Of a stretch of 64,000 nucleotides of DNA, positions 23,531 through 33,971 are shown in pieces. The first letter of the stretch is position 1; every line of letters starts with the position of its first letter. The notes beneath the pieces are model-generated. The model worked only from the letters and a program-made list of their open reading frames with translations, did not search any database and was not told the origin of the DNA. Both the position numbers and the translations under genes were made by a program. The stretch comes from Lepidodermella squamata (lineage: Eukaryota > Animalia > Gastrotricha): NCBI GenBank assembly GCA_047495785.1, contig JBLDXI010000012.1, forward strand, positions 124,001 to 188,000, given 5' to 3'.

Positions 23531-23731
23531 TCAAGTGCGATTTCCATCCCATACAAATTGAGGGTTTTTATTGGCGTTCGAGTAGCCGGCCTTTTGATTT
23601 TGCTTGATAACCGAAATTGAGTTCGAGAAGCGACGCCGTTGAATTGCAATGTCCATGTAATCGCCAAAGGGTGAACAGGCCACGGTTACCAAAAGGAGAT
23701 AGCAAATCAAGACGGCGAAAGTTGCCTTCAT
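23531..23731 (-). CDS. Small secreted peptide precursor
   Basis: ATG 23731; MKATFAVLICYLLLVTVACS leader; RRR; PQFVWDG. Confidence 0.75.
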   Translation of the reverse strand: MKATFAVLICYLLLVTVACSPFGDYMDIAIQRRRFSNSISVIKQNQKAGYSNANKNPQFVWDGNRT

Positions 23732-24661
23732 GTTATTAGAAAACTCCGCCCTAAAATTGGATAAAATGTTGTTTTTAATATTTTTGAGAAATCGCGCAGA
23801 GATTGCAAAATCAATTGAGATAAGATAAGGCCAGCAATCGGTCATAAATTATTTATGTTGTTTGTGTCACGCTTCATTTATCTATCATTATCCCTGATTT
23901 GATAGAACTTGGTCATTTTTGTTATTATTGCTACGTCAAATGTTTTCGGATGACTCGAGGGAGAACGAAAAGTGAGCGAGCCATGAATAATGGCCAACAA
24001 AAGCATCATCGTGCGTTTCGGGTGCGTTCATGTCAATGTCAAGGTGCCTTAAAATGCTCTCGTAGAATCCAGGGACTCATATATAGTTCATGGTTCAGTA
24101 AACTTACTATCAAGTACAATGTCTCATTCTCTAAAAATTCGGCATTTAAGACCAAAATTCTGGGCTTTTATGTTTGTTAGCAACCGTTGCTATGGTAAAG
24201 CGTCATTTTTTTATTTTCGATTTCTATAATTCCAAGATGGCTCTTCAGAAAAACTCTAAAACCCCCTTCATATTTCGAGGTCAACTTGAGATGAGCTGAC
24301 CCTTTTTTCTGAATAATTAGCGGGAGGAGCAGCGTTTTAATGGGACAATGTACCACCTAAAAAATATGAAATTAGAACATTTTAAAACATGTGCATCCTT
24401 CCGAATCGAATATATTACAAAGAAAATATAATTTTATGAGTATTCGGGACATTTTTTGCTGGCAAATGGAGTTGCTTCATTGAGGTAGGTAATTAAGCGT
24501 AAAAACAAGTCATTTTTTTGTAGAATTTCGATAAATGGCCACGCACGAAAAATATTTTATTACTCTTAAGAGGGTATCAAAAAAACATCAGGTATCTGAA
24601 ACAAAGAAACAGTTTATTTATTGGTCTCATGGGTATCTGATGACGTCGTTGCGGGGGCAAA

Positions 24662-24892
24662 TCAAGCTCGGCTCCGCGTACTTTCGAGAAGTTTCTGCCG
24701 ATCATGTTTACGGGCTATAGCAGCTTTATGCTGGAATCGCTGAACTTTTTCGAGTTGTTTCCTCGCCTCGCCAGACACGTCTCGCAACTTAATACTGCCG
24801 CTTTTCAGCAATCTCGCTCCATTAATGCTATTCCGACAGTCAACCATCATAAAGGCTAGACAAACCAATAGGAAAATAGCCGAAAACTTCAT
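24662..24892 (-). CDS. Small secreted cationic helical peptide
   Basis: Signal peptide MKFSAIFLLVCLAFMMVDC; K/R-rich mature region. Confidence 0.8.
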   Translation of the reverse strand: MKFSAIFLLVCLAFMMVDCRNSINGARLLKSGSIKLRDVSGEARKQLEKVQRFQHKAAIARKHDRQKLLESTRSRA

Positions 24893-25027
24893 GATGTAGA
24901 TAAAAATTAATAGATAAATACATCTTGAAAGTCAACAAAATTGCCGCTTTTTTTCACGCCTCATCGGTTTTATTACTATGTTATCACGGCACATTAAGGA
25001 CAAGAAAAACATCGGAAGTTGTTCGAG

Positions 25028-25381
25028 TCAGGCTTCTAGGCTGACGATCCCTGCAATTCCGATGCGTGGGCCGTGGTTATACGACAAAGATTCATCCGAC
25101 CGTGAATTCCGCTGCCTCAGATCGTTCGGCAGCCGCAGAATTCTGTAGGGTAGGCCGCGTTTCGAGTAGTACCGATTGTTGAAAACCGCATGATCGTCAT
25201 CATCATGCGCGTCATTCGTATAAATTTCGTTGAAAAGATCCGCGTTGAAGTTCATATTTTTGACGTATAAACTCAACGGGTCAATTTCGTCCTCCGGCTG
25301 GTATCGGTTCATGTAAGGATTGGCGGTGCAATAAACAAAAATCGAAGCCGATAATAGCAAAATCGAATGCGAAATCATCAT
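25028..25381 (-). CDS. Secreted prohormone-like precursor
   Basis: Signal peptide; acidic pro-region; KR. Confidence 0.85.
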   Translation of the reverse strand: MMISHSILLLSASIFVYCTANPYMNRYQPEDEIDPLSLYVKNMNFNADLFNEIYTNDAHDDDDHAVFNNRYYSKRGLPYRILRLPNDLRQRNSRSDESLSYNHGPRIGIAGIVSLEA

Positions 25382-25768
25382 TATTATTCGTTAAAAAAAA
25401 TTGTGCGGGAAACTGGACCTGAAAATCGAATCCTGGATATATACGACTCAGTGATGAGGGGTTTGACACATTATAAAAATTGATAACATTATTATTATTT
25501 GTTTTTATACCACGAGGTCATTGCGCATTATTGAAAAATCGGACCGCAATGTGCATTTAATTGCTCGTTTTACGTTGCTCTATCGATTCAAATTCAACGA
25601 AGCGTATTCTTTTGGGACGCCCTACACGCATCCCTGTGAGCTTTAACTCATTGTTATTATCTCAAGGTGGGCGTAAAGATGAACTCGGACTTGCATGGTG
25701 GGGGCGAATATTACTTATTTATTCGATTTGAAAATTATTGCGAAACATCGGTAAAAATCACATTTGTT

Positions 25769-26128
25769 TCAGTCTTCATCGAACTCGTACGGCCCCAAGA
25801 CTTGATCGCCGAGAAAGAAGTTGCTGAACGTAGCCTTGTCAACATTGTCATACGGTGTTAAGTAGATTTCCTCACTTGAGGGCGAAACAACATTCTCCGC
25901 CTCGCCAGATATTTCCTCAGCGCTTAACATTGGCGCTGATGAATAATCCGTGTTTCGAATCGCCTTTTCTTTGTCGTAGAACATGTCGTTGAAGCTGTTC
26001 GGATTAGGCTGGCTCATCGGGGCTCGGTAGTAGAGACCAGGCGGGAATAACCGAGGGGAACATGTAGTGGGTAGAATTTGAAGCCATCCGAACAGGCTTA
26101 AAATAAGGGCGAAGTTACACCTACTCAT
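25769..26128 (-). CDS. Small secreted acidic protein
   Basis: Signal peptide; acidic/aromatic mature region. Confidence 0.8.
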   Translation of the reverse strand: MSRCNFALILSLFGWLQILPTTCSPRLFPPGLYYRAPMSQPNPNSFNDMFYDKEKAIRNTDYSSAPMLSAEEISGEAENVVSPSSEEIYLTPYDNVDKATFSNFFLGDQVLGPYEFDED

Positions 26129-26609
26129 GACTTAAAAAATGAAATCCTAATAAAATATCGAGAAATTTAAATCAATTTGGTCGCACGCGCAATTACGGTG
26201 ATTAAATCGCTCACACCCCCAACTAATTCCAAGATATTGTCTAGCCAGATAGGTAAATCAACGTAGGTCACGTGGCTGCATAAGCAATATAAAAACCGTA
26301 ATGCGTCGGAAAATTATTAGGGTCAAAGTGATTACCGAACACGCGTTTTTTTGCGGAGTAATAATATCAATCGAAAATATAGTAATTACCTGGAAATGCG
26401 ATTCGGCCGTTTTCCGCCACGTTTATTTCAAACAATGGCGCGTGATACGTTCTACACTCAGTCTGAACTGCCCTACTCACTTCCGCGCTTGATTTTTGTT
26501 TCCCACTCAATAAAACCGAACCAGCCGCTTTATTCCTTTTTAGCAACAAAAAAATGAGAAAAATCTTGAAGAGTTCGTAAAACATCCGAGAGTTTTGCCC
26601 TTTTGTTCG

Positions 26610-27023
26610 TTATTCATCGAAAATACTACGCAATTCATCGGCGTTGTCATTCAGAAATTGGAATCGGCCCGTTGTGAAGGGGCGGGAGAGTGTCCACAAC
26701 TGCGCAACCGCGCCCTGGTTGTTTTGCTGATGTTGGCTCCTCGAAACGCTGTTTGACTGCTTATTACTGCTCCTCTGCTTATTCTGCTGCTGCTGCTGCC
26801 CCATCATCCTATTCATCGCGTCCAAGTGGCCGATTAGCGTTTGATAGCTTGGGTTTGTTAAATAGTCATTCAGCTCAGTGTCGAGGGACGAAAAAGGCTG
26901 AAAGTCGAAGTTTTCGTGGATGTTGGAGTTGAATTTCATAACTTTTGAGTCGGCGATAGGCTTGCAATCAGTTCCAAGCAACACTGAACAGGCCAATACA
27001 GCCAATGGGAGAAGTATTATCAT
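26610..27023 (-). CDS. Small secreted Gln/Asn-rich protein
   Basis: Signal peptide; poly-Q/N low-complexity segment. Confidence 0.8.
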   Translation of the reverse strand: MIILLPLAVLACSVLLGTDCKPIADSKVMKFNSNIHENFDFQPFSSLDTELNDYLTNPSYQTLIGHLDAMNRMMGQQQQQNKQRSSNKQSNSVSRSQHQQNNQGAVAQLWTLSRPFTTGRFQFLNDNADELRSIFDE

Positions 27024-27725
27024 GATAGATAAAGCCTAATATATGAAAGGTAGTCGGATTTGTTTAAATTACAATCGCAATATAATCGTTTCTATTGTAC
27101 TGGGAATTAAATAAGCAATCAAATTAAATTACATTTCGTTATTATCGAAAATAAGCAGTTTTTATATGCTATTGAGTTATATAAAATCAGTGATATTTTA
27201 TTTAGAAACTATAGGGCTTTGGCTGTTTTTCAAGGCAACCCCCCGCACATTTCTAGGGACAAACATGAGGATTAAGTTAATGACTCATACCCCGCCTATA
27301 GTGTGCAAAAACATGTAGAGCTTACGCAGCGGGTTTTCTAAAAAAAATGTTATCCTCAGTTGTGGGCGCTCTCGGGCCGAGTTTTTTTTTATAACGGAGG
27401 GAGAATTGTATTAGGCGATAAGTGGCCGTCCGATATAGAGAAAAATCGCCATAATAAGTTCTTCATTCAGGATTAAAAAAGTGATATCTTGTCATTATTC
27501 AGCTTTCAGCTCTAATTGGGATTACAGGAACACTGCAGGCTATATCGATGATTGCTCATTAAGTGATTGCAAAATCCTGCAAGAGACCTGGAGCTAAAAA
27601 ATTCTAATTATTTCAAAATATTAAGACTAAAATATTTCCAGTATTTCTAAATTTTTATTAAAAAAAATGTCCAAGATGTTTTTGAAGGAAGTTGTATAAG
27701 CACGTGATGCGCAGGAGGATGTTGA

Positions 27726-27983
27726 TCACCCTTTCGGATTCATGAAAAGTGCTCGTCCGAAGCTGCGCATAGCTGGCTTGAAAGGCTCTCTGAACGGAAA
27801 ATTGCTTCCGATATTCGGCCACGCCACGTCATCTGCGTATTCGTCACTGCTCGATCCGTCGTCGTAGTACGGATTCCACGGTTGTTGACTGCCATGCACG
27901 TTCCTACTGTAAATCAGATGGGCTGAATTAGAGCAGCAGATAAACACGGCGAGTAGTAGAAGAAGAATTCTAAAATTTCGCAT
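27726..27983 (-). CDS. Small secreted peptide precursor
   Basis: Signal peptide; MRSF-GR and terminal NPK-G possible amidation sites. Confidence 0.8.
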   Translation of the reverse strand: MRNFRILLLLLAVFICCSNSAHLIYSRNVHGSQQPWNPYYDDGSSSDEYADDVAWPNIGSNFPFREPFKPAMRSFGRALFMNPKG

Positions 27984-28123
27984 ATTTTTATTTTTTCAAA
28001 ATAAAAACAAGAAAATTCGTCAGCGAGTTTTTATTGTTTACGACAAAATTTCACGCTCAACTTCTTTTTTTTATTGCTTTATGTGAGCGCGTCTTGAGAC
28101 ATTCGATAATTAACAATCGGCTC

Positions 28124-28507
28124 TCAGCGCCGCCCGCGGCGAATGACAACCGGCCTGCCGTGTATCCACCGGACAATCGGACGGTCATCGTCAGTATTCG
28201 AGAACGCGACTGAATCATCTTCATCAAATTCCCTCGCTTTATCATCCTGAGGTGCCACAACAACTTGGCCGTTGTAGAAGGACCGCTGCCGCTTAGGCAT
28301 CACTGCATCGTCCACGCCGTGTGAATCATGCGTTATCGAATTGTATTGCTGTAGCTGCATGTCGAACCACCGCCTGAGCCGGGCATCCCGATCTAAATCG
28401 CTCGATTGGTAATAGCTATCGATTGGTCCGAATTGGTACTGCTCAACGGAATCATCGGCGAAAGCTTTCGCGAGAAAGAGTATCAAAAAAATTGTCTGCA
28501 AATGCAT
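28124..28507 (-). CDS. Secreted peptide precursor (GRP-motif family)
   Basis: ATG 28507; signal peptide; RR and KR sites; DRPIVRWIHGRPVVIRRGRR. Confidence 0.85.
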   Translation of the reverse strand: MHLQTIFLILFLAKAFADDSVEQYQFGPIDSYYQSSDLDRDARLRRWFDMQLQQYNSITHDSHGVDDAVMPKRQRSFYNGQVVVAPQDDKAREFDEDDSVAFSNTDDDRPIVRWIHGRPVVIRRGRR

Positions 28508-29016
28508 GTCTAATTGCCTGAAAATTCGAAAATTTGAATTTATATAATGCAACATCAGAAGATGTTTTTGAGCAGGATGAAAGCTGACAGATGTATCGAC
28601 CTTTATGGCAAAAGGTGACCGTGACCACGAGATTCGTGCTATCGTCTGATCGAAATTAATCAAATCAATTCATCTTATACGGCCCCCTCCTCTTCAAATA
28701 ATGACTAAACATACGGGGACGTTTTTTTTCTATCAGCGTAGGATTCAGAGGCAATTTTTCACCACACCCTGGTCTGGATATACTGCGTCATAAATAAGGC
28801 TTATTTGATATATTGGAAAAGCGCTAGAAAAATTGAAAAAATGTCCTTTCGGCTGCTAATATAATTGAATGATAAAAATCAGTCAGTTGAATGAGTAATA
28901 AAGTCGTACCAGTATATTATTTACCCCAAAAGAGTCGAAATTAGTACGCTTAATTAATTAATTTATTAATTAGCGATGCTGAAATTTGCATGCAGAACAC
29001 AAGAATGGGACTGTTT

Positions 29017-29310
29017 TTAGTACGCCATAAGTGGTCTGAAAATAGGCAGGCGATACGAAATAGGTCGGCGAAAGTACGAACCAGGGTAGAAAAAAGCGTC
29101 GTTATTCAGCTCTGAAATGGCATCATTGTTATTGTCCGTGATAGCGTCGCCGAACAGCATGTCCATGCCACTTCGCCTGTATACGGTCAGGGCTTCTTCA
29201 TCCGGCGAATCAGGTGAATCGAAGTCGCGCAAATCTTCTGGCGAACTCGTGACAGATCCGGAGCAAATAATTATCGCGAAAATCATGACAGCAGCGAAAA
29301 CTCTCAACAT
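29017..29310 (-). CDS. Secreted peptide precursor
   Basis: Signal peptide; acidic spacer; two RR sites. Confidence 0.8.
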   Translation of the reverse strand: MLRVFAAVMIFAIIICSGSVTSSPEDLRDFDSPDSPDEEALTVYRRSGMDMLFGDAITDNNNDAISELNNDAFFYPGSYFRRPISYRLPIFRPLMAY

Positions 29311-29458
29311 GGCGTTTTGTTTTTATTTGAGAACGCAAATATGAAAAACAAAACAAAATCAACGTGGCTGGGCCATTTTATATTATAACTTCCTCGCTGG
29401 ATTTAAATTCAATTAACAGGGATGACCATACGCAATCATAGGAAATCGATTTCTGCCA

Positions 29459-29773
29459 TTATATAGTGTTTCTAAGGCGGTAATTCGTGAATTTAGCGTT
29501 CGCATCGTGGTTCAGCTTTGCCTTGATGACGTAATTCGTGTTACGCTGCGTTGTCGTCGACCATAGCTCAGGCCTGTCAACGTTTTTCAGGTCGTTACGC
29601 ATCATTTTCACGGCGCCCCTCTTGTCGGCGAAAAATGGATTTCGCCCTTCGAAGATGTCGTCATACGTTGCTTGTCCCGTGTAAAAATCAGCCAACAATT
29701 CATCGTAAGGTCCGCAGTAACTCGTGGCCAGAAGAAGACCAGAAATTATCAGCAAAACATATAGATAAGACAT
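29459..29773 (-). CDS. Secreted prohormone-like precursor
   Basis: Signal peptide; acidic pro-region; KR. Confidence 0.8.
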   Translation of the reverse strand: MSYLYVLLIISGLLLATSYCGPYDELLADFYTGQATYDDIFEGRNPFFADKRGAVKMMRNDLKNVDRPELWSTTTQRNTNYVIKAKLNHDANAKFTNYRLRNTI

Positions 29774-29907
29774 TTTTGTGTAAAAAAGCGGGAAATAATA
29801 GTTCCACGATTATTTTTATTTTAATACACCCGAGAAATTTCCTAAATATGGCTATTATCTATCATGTGACGGATTAAGTTAGTTCGGTAATGGAAGGCCT
29901 CTAATTC

Positions 29908-30378
29908 TTATCGACGGCCGACTCGAAGGAGGCGGGGAGAGCCACTTCGGCCAACGCGGAGAAGACGGGCATTACCACTGCGGCCGACTCGCAGCAGACG
30001 GGCATTTCCACTCCGGCCAACGCGAAGGAGCTTCGCATTTCCACTCCTGCCCACTCGGAGTAGCTTCGCATTGCCGCTTCTGCCCACTCGCAGTAGCCTC
30101 GCATTGCCACTTCGTCCGACGCGGACGAGGCGCGGCTTCGACGCGTCTCGCTTCATAAGCGGGTGGTACATTTCGCCGTCGTCGACTGACAGCATGCTCG
30201 GGTTGTAGTCGGATGCAGTCGGGACGCCGTAGCTGAACGGGTAGTCGTAGGCCTCAGGCAGGTCGAACAGCTTCGCGAGGGCGCCATCGTCCTGTCCGAG
30301 CAACAAGCTCATAGGAATCGCCTCAACATTCACAGCGCAAAGCGCGGCCAAAGCGATAAAGCAGCTAACGGAAATCAT
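29908..30378 (-). CDS. Multi-copy amidated neuropeptide precursor (RVamide; SGNA[R/K]LLRV-G-R)
   Basis: Signal peptide, acidic pro-region and KR, then 7 tandem peptides each ending RV-G-R, the last ending GRR-stop. Confidence 0.92.
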   Translation of the reverse strand: MISVSCFIALAALCAVNVEAIPMSLLLGQDDGALAKLFDLPEAYDYPFSYGVPTASDYNPSMLSVDDGEMYHPLMKRDASKPRLVRVGRSGNARLLRVGRSGNAKLLRVGRSGNAKLLRVGRSGNARLLRVGRSGNARLLRVGRSGSPRLLRVGRR

Positions 30379-30533
30379 TTTATTTTTCGTAAAGTGCGAA
30401 ATTGAAATAGGAAATAAAAACGGGTCTGAATGTTATTGCTAGATCAGCGCGCAATTTATTTGATGATGATGACCATGCGAAAATTGAAAAGTTAAACCCG
30501 GATATGGGCACTCGAGTCAATTACGCGTGGCTT

Positions 30534-30842
30534 TCATAGAACGAAAGCTCGATAGGCGGCGAATTTACGCGCACCGCCCCGCTCGTCACGATCCTGGTAT
30601 CTTCGCTGCTGCTTTATTGAACCCATGGCGGACGCACTTCTTCTGACTCTTCTCGCCAGATCTGAGTCAGTGCGAGGAGTTGTCACAGCGTTAATTTGCC
30701 GCGTGGTTCTCAACCTAGGATTTAGATGCATTTGATTTTGGAAATACCATGCGTCCTGAAAAAAGTCGAAATGGTCGTTAGCCTGGATGATCTCGATAGT
30801 AACTGCTAGGCAAATCAGCGCGATAAACTGGAAATTTCTCAT
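30534..30842 (-). CDS. Secreted peptide precursor
   Basis: ATG 30842; signal peptide; furin-like RVRR; RR and RK sites. Confidence 0.8.
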   Translation of the reverse strand: MRNFQFIALICLAVTIEIIQANDHFDFFQDAWYFQNQMHLNPRLRTTRQINAVTTPRTDSDLARRVRRSASAMGSIKQQRRYQDRDERGGARKFAAYRAFVL

Positions 30843-30909
30843 CTCGGAAAAAAAATTGAATGCCGTGATCAATTTTATTATTCATAACCGTGCAGCGGCA
30901 TTAAAACAA

Positions 30910-31212
30910 CTACAGCACTACGTTTCGGTAGAAACTGTTAAATAATTCATCATCCAATTCAGGCGTATGATGGTAATTTTGCTGATGCTGATCGGCACTA
31001 GCTAGCGGCAACGAGTAGTCACCGTCCCCTGGCTCCTCGGTGTCGTCGATATTATTACTCGAATTAGCCTTCCCTTCCACGTCGTTGAGGTTGTAGTTCG
31101 GGTGAATGTAAAACCTAGCCAAATATTCGTCATCCTGATCTCGGACGAAAATGAAAGGCAGGCCGGTTATGCTCAAAATCATCATTAAAAATACGAAAAA
31201 AGTGGACAGCAT
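30910..31212 (-). CDS. Small secreted acidic protein (HPNYN family)
   Basis: Signal peptide; IHPNYNLNDVE. Confidence 0.8.
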   Translation of the reverse strand: MLSTFFVFLMMILSITGLPFIFVRDQDDEYLARFYIHPNYNLNDVEGKANSSNNIDDTEEPGDGDYSLPLASADQHQQNYHHTPELDDELFNSFYRNVVL

Positions 31213-31366
31213 TTTTATTTATTAAGAAATTCGGAGAAATGAGGCCACTATCCAATATATAGTTTTCCACCTACAGGCAGGTAGGTAGGTACATAAAACA
31301 AAAAGGGTTTTCAAACTACTTCCGACAGGTGATTTATAGACGGCGCCTTATATCGTAGGTGTGAAT

Positions 31367-31627
31367 TCAATGGTCTCTAACAGGATATGGGACGCCTCCA
31401 ATCCATTGATACTTAGGTTTGTTACGGCCATTCGATGAAAAGCTGTTCCACGCAGCTCTTCGCACTAAATCAATCGAATCCGCCGCATTGTCGTCAGCAT
31501 CCTGCTCCTCCACTTCGAAGTCGGGAAGATAAACGCTGAGATCGGCCCTTTTGTTAAGGCGGATTGGCTGCGGGTGGCAGACGGCAATTACAAGAGCCGT
31601 GGTCAGAATGTAGCGTAAAACTCTCAT
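31367..31627 (-). CDS. Secreted peptide precursor (GRP-motif family)
   Basis: Signal peptide; KR and RR; KPKYQWIGGVPYPV. Confidence 0.85.
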   Translation of the reverse strand: MRVLRYILTTALVIAVCHPQPIRLNKRADLSVYLPDFEVEEQDADDNAADSIDLVRRAAWNSFSSNGRNKPKYQWIGGVPYPVRDH

Positions 31628-31971
31628 TTTTCTCTGCGAGACAAGACTTGGTAAAAATGAACCCAGAGTATTTGTGTTGTTATTTCAAGCGCATTATGTA
31701 GTGCGGTTGCGGAGTATAATAAAAAAAAACCGCCCGCTGCGCAATTAATCAAGCGCAAATTTACTCATCGTCGTACATATAAATCAATGCTAATAGACGA
31801 TAAATATGTAGCCGCTGAGGAAAGTTAATAATTTATTAGATCGCATTTTAGACTTATATATTATTGTTGTTCTCTTTAGGAGATTGACCCATGAAAATCG
31901 CAAGGCCGTTTTTTCAGCCGCCGAGGGATTTAAACACGTGAAAAATGTCATTACCATAGATTTTTACGTCT

Positions 31972-32274
31972 TCATTTGCCATGGATCTTATCGAAGTTGC
32001 GCATAGCTCCAGGTCCTCGAGCCCTACCACCGCGTTTCGCGATTAAGTAAGGCGATAGCCAGTCGGTCAGCTGAGCATGGGAATGGTGATGCTGAGACGG
32101 GTACATCGCCTCGACGTCATTCATGATGTTGTAGACGTGTGACTCATCCTCTGGGTTGTAGTTAGGGTGCATGATGGTGTGGCTGGATGGATCGTTTTCT
32201 GGAGGCATGTTGTGATTGAAAACGAAAGCTTGGCAGCTCAAAACTGCCGTAGCCAAAATAGCGAAGAAAATCAT
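31972..32274 (-). CDS. Secreted peptide precursor (HPNYN family)
   Basis: Signal peptide; HPNYN...ESH...DVE...DWLSP...KRG; terminal GK; paralog of 35728. Confidence 0.88.
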   Translation of the reverse strand: MIFFAILATAVLSCQAFVFNHNMPPENDPSSHTIMHPNYNPEDESHVYNIMNDVEAMYPSQHHHSHAQLTDWLSPYLIAKRGGRARGPGAMRNFDKIHGK

Positions 32275-32782
32275 GTCGATTTGTTACACCGCGAAACTAA
32301 GTCGAAATTTTCGCCTTTTTATAAAGCTGGTTTAATCAAGCGTGGAAAATAGAGTGAAAAAGGAAGCAGCTAAACCTGGAATTCTAATTATCAACTTATT
32401 CCGACTGAGTGAGTAGGAATCAAGTAGGAAACCCGAGAAATCTGTGTGGGCTGGAGTTCTAAGGGACATTTTTAGGGGGGTTATGTTGGAATCTAGCTTA
32501 AACTTTCCGTATCTTTTCCCAAGTTAGGCTAAAACTTGAGCCGAGATCTTTCTAAAAATCCAATTACTCCGGGACACTTTTCTAGTGTTGTCCTATATAA
32601 TTTCTAAAACCAATTGTTAAATCGTCCCTTTTTAATTTTCAATGTGTCATCTGCAAGAAGCAAGTGAGATTATAGAATATTATGGAACGATTGAGTTTTT
32701 CAGCTTTTTCCCGCGGTGTCAATATGAAAAAATAACTAGGTAGAAAGAATTTGATAGGATTTCACGGCTAACCAGTTGGCTA

Positions 32783-33971
32783 CCGTAACGTGTGGTGATT
32801 GTGGACACGGTAACTTTGGACACTTTCGGCTTTGCAGGTGTTTAGCTTTTCAGGCTTGAACGTTTAAATCATGGGGGGTTTTGCATAAAATTCTCCGTCT
32901 CTTCAGCTTTCGTTTGAAATAAAAATCAAGACGATTGGAGCTGAAATCGGATTTCAGAAAAAGTTGCAAGCAGCTAGACTTTGGGTGCCGTTTTGGGACC
33001 CCCCTTCTATCTTTCTGAAAATCGAACAGTTTTCAATAAAAATTGGCATGAGCATTCTCCTATATTTACTCTCCCGATAATCGAAGAAAAAATGACAATC
33101 CGTCGACGCGTTTTAGCAGGACATTTACCTGAAAAACAGGTGAAAATTGGGGTAATTTTGGACACTTTTGGACGGGTTAAGTATGCTGCTGCGCAGAAAA
33201 GTATTTTTATTGAACTTGCGAGAAACAGATGATGCGCCATCTGTTTATAATTTTTTCGAAATCTGACCCAAGATAAATTCACTGTAAAAAATCTCTGGCT
33301 ATATAGCAGTTGGTATTTAGCCACTTGGGGTAATTACTGTTTCACAATTTCGAATAAAATAGGATAAATAGCCAAATATATTTAACTTTGAGAGGAATCC
33401 AATTAATGTTCCATATTTTGCTTTGATGATAATTACAGGATGAAACATACCCATTTAATATGGGACTGCGATAGCGATGTTTTTGGCCCATAAGTGAGAA
33501 AAGAAACGTTGCGCAAAACAGCAGCCTTGCTCATTTCAAAATTCAAATTTTTCGTTAATTACCCAAAATAATTTCATTTGGGTAAATAGCCCGCGTAAAA
33601 TAATTTGAAGGGCTAAATAGGAGGTTCTATGGGGGGTTTTTATCCAAACAACTATATGGGCTCGAGTGGCTAATTAGCGGATATATAGCCAGAGATTTTT
33701 TACAGTGTTGAAAAACCATGAATAACAGATAATTCACAATGAAATTGCAATGAAATTGCAATGAAATTGCATATGCAAATGATTGTCCAAAGTTACCGGA
33801 ACACATATTAATTAGCCAAAGGTCAGGTAAAATTCAAAAAATTTCTGGAATTTGCAGTAAATTCAAGAACCACCGTCCCCACCTTTGGTAAAAATCTCAG
33901 AAATTTAGGAGCAAAGGCTGATTTTTAATGTTCGAAAAACACGTTTTGTCCAAAGTTACCACTCGTTACGG
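32783..33971. mobile_element. Non-autonomous DNA transposon (CCGT...ACGG TIR, TA flanks)
   Basis: ta|ccgtaacgtgtggt ... accactcgttacgg|ta, with internal ggtaactttggac / gtccaaagttacc repeats. Confidence 0.8.
33280..33707. mobile_element. Nested MITE with CACTG termini
   Basis: TIR cactgtaaaaaatctctggctatata / tatatagccagagattttttacagtg, flanked by tt on both sides. Confidence 0.85.

Noticed and set aside
29901-30135. 33-nt tandem repeats as a CRISPR array, or the alternative-frame ORF 29901-30110
   Set aside because: There are no unique spacers and the context is eukaryotic; the repeats encode the RVamide peptides.
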